Below are positions 1-9,267 of a DNA stretch of 64,000 nucleotides, in pieces. A program made the translations under genes and the position numbers. This DNA comes from Deltaproteobacteria bacterium (GTDB lineage: Bacteria; Myxococcota_A; Polyangia; Polyangiales; Houyiibacteriaceae): NCBI GenBank assembly GCA_034670305.1, contig JAXMNT010000005.1:64001-128000 (forward strand), written 5' to 3'. Under the pieces are notes generated by a model. That model did not search any database, was not told where the DNA came from, and worked only from the letters and a program-made list of their open reading frames with translations. How positions within the stretch are numbered: the stretch's first letter is position 1; each line of letters begins with the position of its first letter.

Positions 1-6
1 CTCTCG

Positions 7-891
7 TTGCTGGGCCCGAGGTGGCTCCTGGTCGCGCTCCCGGTGTTCGCCATCAACCTGGTCTCGACCTTCGAGACGACGCCCAACCTCGACTCGCACT
101 ACCTCACGCCGGCCCTCCCCGCGCTCGTCATGGCGGCGCTCACCGGACTCGGCCGCTTGCCCGCCCGGGTGCGATCCACCGCGCTCCGGCTCTCTGGCAT
201 CACGCTGCTCATCGGGCTCGGGTGGGCCGGGCTCAGTCCGACGGCGGACGCGTTCTGGCCCGACGCGCGCACCCACGCCTCGCGCCGCCTGCTCGAGGCG
301 GTCCACGACGGATCGATCCAGGCGCCCGATGCGCTCGTGCCCCATTTGGCGGAACGCGAGCGCGTCTTCCGCGCACCGCCACCAGACCGCGACGCGGACC
401 AGGTGGTCCTCGATGCCTCGCACCGAGACCGCTATGCGCACGACGAAGATCTGCTTCGCACTCTGGAAGAACCGCTCGTGCGCGCCTGGCTTGCGCGCGA
501 CTCGTACGGGCTGGTCGCCTACGAACCACCGTGGATGTTGTTCGAACGCGGCGCCGATCCACGCGCGCACCTGGAAGGCAGCGAGCGCCATGTGCGGCAA
601 CGGCGGCGCCTGACCCGCTGCCTCGATCTGGTGAACTCGTCCTGGGCAGAGCACGAACTGCGTCTGCACCTCGAAGCCTCCCGCCCGTGCCCCACCGACC
701 TCGCGCTGCGGTTCGACAGCGGGCGCGTCGACCTGCTCTTCGACGGACTCGTCTCACCGAGCCACCTGCGCGCCGGCGACCGCGTCGTCTCCCGCCACCG
801 CTTCACGTCCGACCGCCCGACCTCCGTCCGCGCCATCCGCAGCAGCGGCGCGCCACCGAACCCCACCGACCGCGCGCTCCCCCTCCGCTGA
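7..891 (+). CDS. DUF2079-like membrane protein, C-terminal part (starts upstream of window)
   Basis: Hydrophobic segments plus 'NLVS...[10 protein letters not shown]' and '[11 protein letters not shown]' motifs typical of DUF2079 proteins; GC3-rich codon usage. Confidence 0.6.
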   Translation: MLGPRWLLVALPVFAINLVSTFETTPNLDSHYLTPALPALVMAALTGLGRLPARVRSTALRLSGITLLIGLGWAGLSPTADAFWPDARTHASRRLLEAVHDGSIQAPDALVPHLAERERVFRAPPPDRDADQVVLDASHRDRYAHDEDLLRTLEEPLVRAWLARDSYGLVAYEPPWMLFERGADPRAHLEGSERHVRQRRRLTRCLDLVNSSWAEHELRLHLEASRPCPTDLALRFDSGRVDLLFDGLVSPSHLRAGDRVVSRHRFTSDRPTSVRAIRSSGAPPNPTDRALPLR

Positions 892-921
892 CCACGAAGC
901 AGCCCCGTGCTGCCGCAAGGT

Positions 922-1270
922 TTCGGAGTCGGCGTCGGCTTCGGATTCGGATTCGGAGTCGGCTTCGGCTTCGGCTTCGGCTTCGGCTTCGGCTTCGGCT
1001 TCGGCTTCGGCGTCGGCTTCGGCTTCGGATTCGGATTCGGATTCGGCCTCGGCTTCGGATTCGGCTTCGGCTTCGGATTCGAAGGGCAAGGGCAAGGCAT
1101 CCTCTCCTGCGGATTCGGATTCGGACACCGAGGGCAGGGGCAGGGGCAAGGGCAAGGGCAAGGCATCCTCTCCTTCGGATTCGGATTCGGACACCGAGGG
1201 CAGGGGCAAGGGCAAGGGCAAGGGCAAGGGCAAGGCATCCTCTCCTTCGGATTCGGATTCGGACACCGAG
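922..1270. repeat. Composite hexamer repeat tract (GGCTTC/GGATTC)n followed by three higher-order (GGGCAA)n-containing units
   Basis: Directly visible; lies between convergent genes. Confidence 0.95.
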
Positions 1271-1283
1271 TTCTCCTTCGGCG

Positions 1284-2237
1284 CTACGGAAGCCAGCGCA
1301 CGAACAGATCGTCGCCCGCCGCCGCGCCCCGCACCTGCAGATCCTGTCCGCCCATCAACGCATCCCGCACGACGGCCCAGTCGGCGTCCCGCAAAAAATA
1401 CGCGTACCCGTCTTCGAGCAGCTGGGACGCGTTGTCCGCCTGTTCGGGCACGAATGTCAGGTGGCAACCGCCGAGCTGCACCCCGGCGGAGTTCGGGGGC
1501 GCGACGGCGCTCGGGCCTGTCTGTCCGGCGCACCAGACCAGGCAGCCATCCGCATTCGGATCGACCTCATTCATCAGCAGCGTGAGCGCGGCGTTGCGCG
1601 GCAGACTGGCGAGCTGCTGCAGCAGAGACGCACTCCGCGCCCGGCTCAGCCGCAGCTCGATCAGCGTCGCACCTGCGACCTCGACCGAGGAGGCGCGGGT
1701 CACCGTCGCGCCGACCACCGCGAGCCGGGCGATCTGGTGCAGCATGCTCCCCTCGTCGTGCATCGCCGAGAGGCGGGCGCGCGCCGGATCGCTCCACGGC
1801 GGGTACGGGTAGTAGCAATGCGTTTGTGCCAGGCGACTGAGCACGCGGCGCAACCCAAACGCCTCCACCATGTCGAGCTCGGCGCTCGTGGCGAGCAGAG
1901 CGACCAGCCCTTCGGCATCGATCAGCCCGTCCATCGCAGACGGCCGTGCATAGACCACACCCTGAAACCCAGGCGCCGGTCCGCCGAACGGGAGCAGTCC
2001 CCCGAGCCGGGTGACGCCGCCGACCTGGACGCCCATGCCCTGCTCGGCCGCCGAAGCGATCGCGCGCAGCAGAGGCACGAGCGGCTCGAGGGTGGCCTGT
2101 CCGGCGAACGCGAACGCGAGCTCCCGATGACCGAGCACCCGCAGGCCATCGGTGACCAGCACTTGTCCAGGCACCTGCGGATCGGTCCCGAAGGAACGCG
2201 TCTTTACGTGTGCCTGAACCGCGCCGGTGATCTGCAT
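1284..2237 (-). CDS. Protein resembling the SARA/endofin C-terminal domain (DUF3480-like), 317 aa
   Basis: ATG at 2237 overlaps the upstream stop (TGATG). Motifs LSRLA..CYYPYPPWS, DPNADGCLVW, GGCHLTF and LLEDG...VRDAL are collinear with the SARA C-terminal region as I recall it. Confidence 0.6.
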   Translation of the reverse strand: MQITGAVQAHVKTRSFGTDPQVPGQVLVTDGLRVLGHRELAFAFAGQATLEPLVPLLRAIASAAEQGMGVQVGGVTRLGGLLPFGGPAPGFQGVVYARPSAMDGLIDAEGLVALLATSAELDMVEAFGLRRVLSRLAQTHCYYPYPPWSDPARARLSAMHDEGSMLHQIARLAVVGATVTRASSVEVAGATLIELRLSRARSASLLQQLASLPRNAALTLLMNEVDPNADGCLVWCAGQTGPSAVAPPNSAGVQLGGCHLTFVPEQADNASQLLEDGYAYFLRDADWAVVRDALMGGQDLQVRGAAAGDDLFVRWLP

Positions 2238-4672
2238 CAGCCGCTCGCGACCGGGGTCCACGCCACCGCGAAGCGGATGATCTCGATGTCGCCCTTCTTG
2301 GGCGCGATCGCGATCTCGTCGACCGGCGGCAGCTCCATCGTCTCCGCCTTCACTTCGACGAGCGCGAACTTGAGTTCGGTGTCGAGTTCCTCGAGCTCCG
2401 CCTGCAGGTCGGACAGCTTCTCTTCCGCGCGCTTCACATCGTCTGCTTCGCTCGCCACCCGAGACGCGCGACGCGCTGCAGTCGCGGCGCTGCGCGCGCC
2501 GGCCGCCACGCTGCGCCGGCCGAAGATCGCGCCGATCACGCTCGTCGCCACGGTCAGTCCGGTGTCGACCTTCTTCTGACGGGCTTGGCCCTTCTCCTTC
2601 GCGACCTTGTCTTCGGCCTTGTCGATCTTCGCGGCGAGCTTTGCGTGTTTCGCCTCGAACTTCTCTTTCACCTTCTCCATCTTCGCGTCGCGATCCTCGC
2701 GCACCGCCTGCCGCAGCCGCGCGTAGAACGCATCCGGCGTCTCGCCGAGCGTGCTGTACATCTTGAACGACTTGCAGTGGCCGATCTGCAACGGCGCGGT
2801 CGCGTGCAGGTGCTTCTTGAGCGCCGACTTCAGCGAACGAAGCTTGCCCTTCTGCAGCGCCTTGGCGGGCACGTCCTCGTACCCCTTGGCCGCGAGGGGT
2901 TGCTCGCGGATCCGCATCTGCGCCGGGTCGACGTACATACCCGCGTCCCAGATCGCGTTGGGCGCGGCGGCGGTCAACGGCGCGAGCACCGTCGGTTCGT
3001 ACCAGGTGTCGATGCCGGCCGCCGCGCGGCTGTAGTGCAGTCGCACCGTCGCGAGGATCGCCGGGCGGTAGACGAAGTCGCCCACCGGTTCGCCGACGAA
3101 GATCTCCTCCTCGATGTGGTCGGGCAGCACCGGGCGCGCGCTCGCCGAGGGCGTCGGGCTCGACGACGCCGCGCCGCCCGCCACCGCTGCCGCGACCGCC
3201 GCCGTCGCCACCGCACCGGTCGCCGACGCCGCTTTGGTCCGCGTCGCCACGTCGGCGATCGGCGCTTCCGGAGGTGGGCTGAGCACCCCGATCTGATCGC
3301 GGGTGAGCGGCCCGCGCAGAAACGACATCGCCCAACGCGTGTGGAAGAGCACCGGCGCGCGGTCGTGCACGTTGTTCATCAGGAACACGCGTTTGCCGAG
3401 CCCGGCCAAGGTCGTGCGCATGGCCGACGCATCGAAGGAGCCACCGGCCGCTTGCGCGGCGCCGCTGAGCCCATCGAGCACCCGGTCCACGTCGCGCTCG
3501 GTTTGCAGCCGACCAAGCCACCACGTGCCGCAGTTGGAGAGCGCCTTGTAGTCGAGGTCGGCTGGGTTCTGAGTCGCCAGCACGAGGCCGAGCCCGTACG
3601 CGCGCGCTTGTTTGAGCAGGGTCAGAAACAGCCGCTTGGTCGGCGGCTCGCGCACCGGCGGGAGAAACCCGAAGACCTCGTCGACGTAGAGCAGCGCCCG
3701 CAAACTCGAGGTGCCGGGCTGCGACCGCATCCACGCGACGAGCTCCCCGAGCAGCACCGTCAGAAAGAAGATCCGCTCCGCTTCACCGAGGTGTGCGATC
3801 GACAGGATGCTCACCCGCGGTTTGCCACTCTCGCTGAAGAGCAGGCGCTGGATGTCGAGCGGCTCTCCTTCGAGCCACGCGGAGAACCCTGGGCTCGCCA
3901 ACAGACCGTTCAGACGCATGCCGAGCTTCTGGCGATCCTTGGGCGGGAAGAACGTGTCGAGGTCGAGCACACCGATGCGGGAGACCGGCGGGTCGAAGGT
4001 CGCGCGCACGAGGTCCGCGAGATCCAGCGACCGTCCTTCGGTCCACGCCTTGTGCAGCACCGCCGACAAGAACACGTGTTCGCCGCTCTGCATCGGGTCC
4101 GCGTCGATGCCGGCGAGCGCCAACAGGCCGCTCACCGCGGCGCCCACCCGCTCGCGCAGCGACTCGGCGTCGGCGAGCACTTCGGCCGTCGGCGCGCCCA
4201 AGGAGCCGAGCACCGAGATCTGCCGACCCGCGGTGGAACCGGGCGTGTAGATCGTCATGTCGACCGCGTCGCGGAGGCGCTGGATGCGCGCGCCGTCCTG
4301 TCCCCAGTCGGCGAGCCCCTTCTTCCACCGCGCCGCGACGACGTCCGCTTCTTCGCCCACGCTGCGCCCATTGCGGCGCGCTTCGTCCGCGTCGATCCAA
4401 GGCTCGAAGTCGCCGGCGTCCTGGCTCGGAAACGTGAGCAAGAGGTTGCCGAGGTCGCCCTTGGGATCGATGCAGATCGCGGGCACACCGTCGATGGCCG
4501 CTTCTTCCAGAAGTGTGACGCACAGGCCGGTCTTGCCCGAGCCGGTCATGCCGACGCAGAACGCGTGGGTCGTCAGATCGGACGCCTCGTAGAGAATGGT
4601 CTCGTCGGTGACGCCATCCTCCGCATCCCATCGGCGGCCAAGGTAGAACGCACCGAGCTTCTCGAAGTCCAT
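2237..4672 (-). CDS. HerA/FtsK-like P-loop ATPase (DUF87/DUF853 type) with C-terminal coiled coil
   Basis: Walker A GMTGSGKT, IDPKGD, Walker B LYVDE, KQARAYGLGLVLATQNP; start MDFEKLGAFYLG. Confidence 0.85.
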   Translation of the reverse strand: MDFEKLGAFYLGRRWDAEDGVTDETILYEASDLTTHAFCVGMTGSGKTGLCVTLLEEAAIDGVPAICIDPKGDLGNLLLTFPSQDAGDFEPWIDADEARRNGRSVGEEADVVAARWKKGLADWGQDGARIQRLRDAVDMTIYTPGSTAGRQISVLGSLGAPTAEVLADAESLRERVGAAVSGLLALAGIDADPMQSGEHVFLSAVLHKAWTEGRSLDLADLVRATFDPPVSRIGVLDLDTFFPPKDRQKLGMRLNGLLASPGFSAWLEGEPLDIQRLLFSESGKPRVSILSIAHLGEAERIFFLTVLLGELVAWMRSQPGTSSLRALLYVDEVFGFLPPVREPPTKRLFLTLLKQARAYGLGLVLATQNPADLDYKALSNCGTWWLGRLQTERDVDRVLDGLSGAAQAAGGSFDASAMRTTLAGLGKRVFLMNNVHDRAPVLFHTRWAMSFLRGPLTRDQIGVLSPPPEAPIADVATRTKAASATGAVATAAVAAAVAGGAASSSPTPSASARPVLPDHIEEEIFVGEPVGDFVYRPAILATVRLHYSRAAAGIDTWYEPTVLAPLTAAAPNAIWDAGMYVDPAQMRIREQPLAAKGYEDVPAKALQKGKLRSLKSALKKHLHATAPLQIGHCKSFKMYSTLGETPDAFYARLRQAVREDRDAKMEKVKEKFEAKHAKLAAKIDKAEDKVAKEKGQARQKKVDTGLTVATSVIGAIFGRRSVAAGARSAATAARRASRVASEADDVKRAEEKLSDLQAELEELDTELKFALVEVKAETMELPPVDEIAIAPKKGDIEIIRFAVAWTPVASG

Positions 4673-4779
4673 AGGCGCGGCACGATACCAAACCCCTCGC
4701 CTCCGCGAGTCGCGGCGAACGGCCGTGATCCCGCGCCAGTACGCTTCTCGCGGGCTGCGGATCCCAGCGTCGAACGCGT

Positions 4780-5931
4780 TCAGTCGGTCAGGGCGAACTC
4801 CGTGTCGGCGACGACTTCGCCATTCACCAACACGTCCACCGCGTGCTTGCCGGCATACAGCGGGCGGATGCTCACGACCCGTAGGTGTTGCTTCTTCTCG
4901 AGTGTGACGGACTCGTCGCGCCCGAGCCGGCGTTCGGTCCACTTGAAGACCTTCGGCCGCGCTTCACCGTTCGCCTTCACGTAGTGCACCCGGTAGTCGA
5001 TCAGCACCGACTGGGGCGACTTGGCCGCGTTGTGAAGTTCGAGCGTCAGCTGCACGCCACCACCGATCGCGACCTTCTGCGGGTGGACCCGGAGCGTCGC
5101 GCGCAGGTCCTTCGGAGGGCGGTAGCCGAGGACCGCGAGGGCCTTCGGATCGCCCGCTTTGATGAGCGAGCGGAGCGCGTGCCGGACGAGTTTCCGCCGG
5201 GCCTCGGTGCGCGCCTCCGGTTCGCCCTTCGGCTTCTTCCACCACCGCCGCGCGATCTTCAGCACGAGCGCCGGATGCGCCTTCGCGATGTCGTTGAGGT
5301 GGTTCGCGACCGAACGACGCACGTAGAGTTCGGGATCGTCGCGCAGCGCTTCGAGAATCGGCAGCACCGGGGTGGGGTCCTCGTCGAGCGCACGCAGCCG
5401 CGCCCCCCACGGCAGCCGCGGTCGCGTGCCTTCGCTGCACCAGCGCCGCACGTGCCGGCTCGGATGCGACGTCCACACGAGCAACTGCGCGAGCACCGGC
5501 TCCGGGTACTGGGCGACGAAGGGCCGCACCGCGAACTCGGAGCTGAAGCGCTGGGTCAATTCCATCATCGCGTGCATCGCCACATCGACATCGACCGGGT
5601 CGCCCGCCGCGTGGTCGCCGATCAGTTGCCCAAGCGGCCAGAGCAAGAAGCCATCGGTCACTTGGTCGTCGTCTTCGAGGACGGGCGGCAGCGCGGACAC
5701 GATCGCCGCGAGCATCTCGGGCACCGGCTCTGGCAACTCGCGCCGGAGCGCGGCCGACCACTGGCGCACCCGGTCCATCATCTCGAGCGCGTCCAGATCC
5801 TTCAGCGCAGCACGCAAGAACCGCTGGGTGCGAAAACCCTCGACGTGGGCGAACCGTTTCGCCAGACGCTTCGCGGCGGTGGGGTCGTACCAGTGTTTGA
5901 ACGCGTTCGGGTTGTCTCGATCGTCGGCCAT
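4780..5931 (-). CDS. DNA alkylation repair protein (AlkC/AlkD-like HEAT glycosylase) with C-terminal beta domain
   Basis: TQRFSSEFAVRPF, HVRRWCSEGTRPRLPW, YVRRSVANHLNDIAK. Confidence 0.85.
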   Translation of the reverse strand: MADDRDNPNAFKHWYDPTAAKRLAKRFAHVEGFRTQRFLRAALKDLDALEMMDRVRQWSAALRRELPEPVPEMLAAIVSALPPVLEDDDQVTDGFLLWPLGQLIGDHAAGDPVDVDVAMHAMMELTQRFSSEFAVRPFVAQYPEPVLAQLLVWTSHPSRHVRRWCSEGTRPRLPWGARLRALDEDPTPVLPILEALRDDPELYVRRSVANHLNDIAKAHPALVLKIARRWWKKPKGEPEARTEARRKLVRHALRSLIKAGDPKALAVLGYRPPKDLRATLRVHPQKVAIGGGVQLTLELHNAAKSPQSVLIDYRVHYVKANGEARPKVFKWTERRLGRDESVTLEKKQHLRVVSIRPLYAGKHAVDVLVNGEVVADTEFALTD

Positions 5932-5980
5932 GCGGCGCGCATCCTAGCCGGTGGGTGAGACAGCCCGGACGAGAACGCGG

Positions 5981-6700
5981 TCAGTCCTGGATCCGGTAGC
6001 TCGCCAGCGCGGGCACGAGCCAGCCCGAGAGCAGGCCGACCACCGCGCCGACGACCACATCGCTCGGATGGTGGCGCCCGGCGAGCAGCCGAAGCAGTCC
6101 AACGAGCGAAGCGACCGCCACCGACACCCCGCACGCGAGCCGTCCCGCGAGACGGCTGTGGAAGATGTCGAGGTGGCGCTGGTTCGTGCAGGTGAGGGCC
6201 GCCCCGGTGAACGCGAGCGAGGTGTGTCCACTCGGAAAGCTGCGGTTGGCCGAACGCGCCTCCGAGTCGCCCGGCCGTGCGCGCCGGGTGGTGTACTTCA
6301 GCAGCGTGGTCGCGAAGAGCGCGAGCGCATGGGAGCGCAGGCCGAGCGCCGCCAACTGTCCTGCCGAGTCGGCGCTGCGCCCGTAGAGCAGCAGCGGTTC
6401 GACCAAGACCGGAAGCAGCGCGGTCGCGAACGCCAGCGGGTCCGACGCCAGCGCGAGGTGCTCGCGGGTCGCCGGGCGCAGCGGGGTCATGTCCACCGCG
6501 TCGAATGGGCCCACGCGCTCCCAGGCCGGCTCGGTGGTGTCCACGGCGAACGCGATGGTCAGGGTGCCCGCGAGCGCCACCCCAGACGTGATGGCGTCGC
6601 CGATCCCGAAGCGGTGCCAGTCGGGCTCCCAATCGACCTGGGCGCCAGCGGTGTGGGGCAGCCACAGCACCAGACACACCAGCCACCGACCCCACGCCAT
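5981..6700 (-). CDS. PAP2-family phosphatase
   Basis: KYTTRRARP, SFPSGH and RLLAGRHHPSDV motifs; signal peptide. Confidence 0.85.
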   Translation of the reverse strand: MAWGRWLVCLVLWLPHTAGAQVDWEPDWHRFGIGDAITSGVALAGTLTIAFAVDTTEPAWERVGPFDAVDMTPLRPATREHLALASDPLAFATALLPVLVEPLLLYGRSADSAGQLAALGLRSHALALFATTLLKYTTRRARPGDSEARSANRSFPSGHTSLAFTGAALTCTNQRHLDIFHSRLAGRLACGVSVAVASLVGLLRLLAGRHHPSDVVVGAVVGLLSGWLVPALASYRIQD

Positions 6701-6820
6701 GGCTGTCGATGTAGCAGTTTGCCCGACCCAGAGCGCACGGTGAGACCGAGAATCACCCAACCGTACAGTGTAAGATTCACGCCCTTTCGGTTCGGCCGGC
6801 CAGCGGCTACCCTTTTGGTC

Positions 6821-7078
6821 ATGTCTCGCGCCACAAAAACACATACGTTTTGTGTAGAGCTCACCCATCCAGGGGAGCACCGCAGACTTCTGGTAGAGGT
6901 GGTTGGTCGACTGAAGCGACTCACCACCGACGCAGCTCAACGGCTCGTGTCCCGAACCCCGATCATCCTTCAGGAAGGCCTGTCCCGCCCGGAAGCCGAG
7001 CGGGTCAAGGCCGCGCTCGAGGCTGCGGGTGCACGGGTCACTCTGGACTGGCGTCCCGCCGTCGACCAAACGGGCTGA
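6821..7078 (+). CDS. Stand-alone ribosomal L7/L12 C-terminal-like domain protein (85 aa)
   Basis: AQRLVSRTPIILQEGLSRPEAERVKAALEAAGARV matches the L12 CTD pattern; no N-terminal dimerisation domain. Confidence 0.7.
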   Translation: MSRATKTHTFCVELTHPGEHRRLLVEVVGRLKRLTTDAAQRLVSRTPIILQEGLSRPEAERVKAALEAAGARVTLDWRPAVDQTG

Positions 7079-7115
7079 GTTTGGCGTACGGGCCGAGAGG
7101 GCCTAGACCGAACCC

Positions 7116-7664
7116 GTGACCGAGACGCGCTGGGTGTTCGGATACGGTTCGCTCGTGTGGCGGCCGGCGTTCCCCTACGTCCGAAAGGCGCCTGGGTTCG
7201 TGCGGGGATGGAGCCGCCGGTTCTGGCAGGGCAGCACCGACCACCGTGGCGTACCCGGTGCACCGGGCCGGGTGGTGACACTCTTGCCCGATGCGGATGC
7301 AGCGCCGTGCTGGGGCATGGCGTACGAGATCGCGCCCGAAGACGCGCCGAAGATCCTCGCCGCGCTGGACCACCGCGAGAAGGGTGGCTACGCGCGGCAC
7401 GAGCTCTCGGTGCAGCTCGACACACCGGGTGAGCCGACCGTGGCTGCGCTCGTGTACGTGGCCACGACTGAGAACCCGGAGTACCTGGGGGAGGCGCCGC
7501 TCGAAACGATCGCGGCGCAGATCGCCGCGAGTCGCGGGCCGAGCGGCGACAATCGGACCTACGTCCTGCAGTTGGCGCGCTCACTCCACGAGATGGGCGC
7601 GCCGGACCCGCACGTCGAAGCCCTCGCCGCCTTCTTCGAGGGAGCCTCCGCGAAAGGCGGATAA
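7116..7664 (+). CDS. chaC: ChaC-like gamma-glutamylcyclotransferase
   Basis: WVFGYGSLVW, FWQGSTDHRG..PGRVVTL, LDHREKGGY, GPSGDN..Y. Confidence 0.9.
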   Translation: MTETRWVFGYGSLVWRPAFPYVRKAPGFVRGWSRRFWQGSTDHRGVPGAPGRVVTLLPDADAAPCWGMAYEIAPEDAPKILAALDHREKGGYARHELSVQLDTPGEPTVAALVYVATTENPEYLGEAPLETIAAQIAASRGPSGDNRTYVLQLARSLHEMGAPDPHVEALAAFFEGASAKGG

Positions 7665-7678
7665 CCTCCTGGCCTGCG

Positions 7679-8479
7679 ATGAATGCGTTTCTTGGATTTC
7701 TGTTCGGCGTGGTGGCCACGGTCGGGGCGCTCCTCGGCTGGAGCTACTACTCGGACCAGCAAGACCAGGGACAACGGTCATCGGCTCCGACGGTGGTGCC
7801 CTCCGCCCCCGAACTGATCCGAGAGATCGTCGATCCCCGACCTCGGACCCCGCGGGTCGTGTACCTCAACCGCGAAGGCGCGATCTTGCGGGCGGGCGTC
7901 GACGACTCGACGAAGAACGTGTCGAGCATCGTCGAACACGTCTTGCAAACCGAGATCGACTATCCGGCGTTCGCCTCCACCGGGAGTCGGTGGCGCGGCA
8001 TCGTCGAGTGCGTGCAGGAGAAACTCGAGGCGTTCGACGTCGTCGTGACGGACCGGCGCCCCACGGAGCCGGGCTACATCATGGTGATGATCGGCGGGCG
8101 ACCGAGTCTGCTCGGAAGCGACAACCCGCACGTGCATGCGGCGGGGCTGTCGCCGTTTCATGGCGGCGTGATCCCCGATTCGATCGTCATGGTGTTTGCG
8201 CAAGAGGTCCGGCACAGCGAACGCGAAACCTGCGAAGCGGCGGCGCAGGAGATCGCGCACTCGTACGGACTCGACCACACCTACGACTGCCGAGACCTGA
8301 TGACGTACCGGCGTCGTTGCGGACGCGCCCGCACCTTCGTCGACGAAGACATGCCGTGCGGCGAACACGAAGCCCGCGACTGCAAACCGGCCGACTCGGG
8401 CCCCACCCAGAACAGCCACGCCCGATTGATGGAAGTGCTCGGGCCCCGCCCCCCACCCGCGCCCGCTCCAGAAGAGTGA
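7679..8479 (+). CDS. Membrane-anchored metzincin-like protein
   Basis: N-terminal TM helix; QEIAHSYGLDH...DLMTY (HExxHxxGxxH variant plus Met-turn). Confidence 0.6.
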   Translation: MNAFLGFLFGVVATVGALLGWSYYSDQQDQGQRSSAPTVVPSAPELIREIVDPRPRTPRVVYLNREGAILRAGVDDSTKNVSSIVEHVLQTEIDYPAFASTGSRWRGIVECVQEKLEAFDVVVTDRRPTEPGYIMVMIGGRPSLLGSDNPHVHAAGLSPFHGGVIPDSIVMVFAQEVRHSERETCEAAAQEIAHSYGLDHTYDCRDLMTYRRRCGRARTFVDEDMPCGEHEARDCKPADSGPTQNSHARLMEVLGPRPPPAPAPEE

Positions 8480-8529
8480 CGCGACGCGCACTCGGTGCAC
8501 GCAGCGGTCAATTCTGCGAACCTCGCCGC

Positions 8530-9108
<579 letters not shown>

Positions 9109-9114
9109 CGCGGC

Positions 9115-9210
9115 AGCGTCGGGGTCGGGCTCGGCGTCGGGGTCGGCTTCGGGGTCGGCTTGAAACCGAGGGCAAGGGCAAGGGCAGGGGCAAGGGCAAG
9201 GGCAGGGGCC
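9115..9210. repeat. (TCGGSN)n plus (GGGCAA)n composite tract
   Basis: Directly visible. Confidence 0.9.
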
Positions 9211-9267
9211 CCGGATCGACGCGGTAGGTAACATCTGGCGCTGCAATGCGTCATTGTTCCAATCCCC

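Noticed and set aside
907-1812. ORFs encoding (GF)n, (PK)n, (AS)n or (RL)n peptides across the hexamer tracts
   Set aside because: Hexamer repeats are open in most frames; no RBS or domain support, except where embedded in real genes.
2237-4672. HerA-based anti-phage system (e.g. Sir2-HerA, NurA-HerA)
   Set aside because: No adjacent nuclease or sirtuin gene; the ATPase looks like the widespread stand-alone DUF87/DUF853 type.
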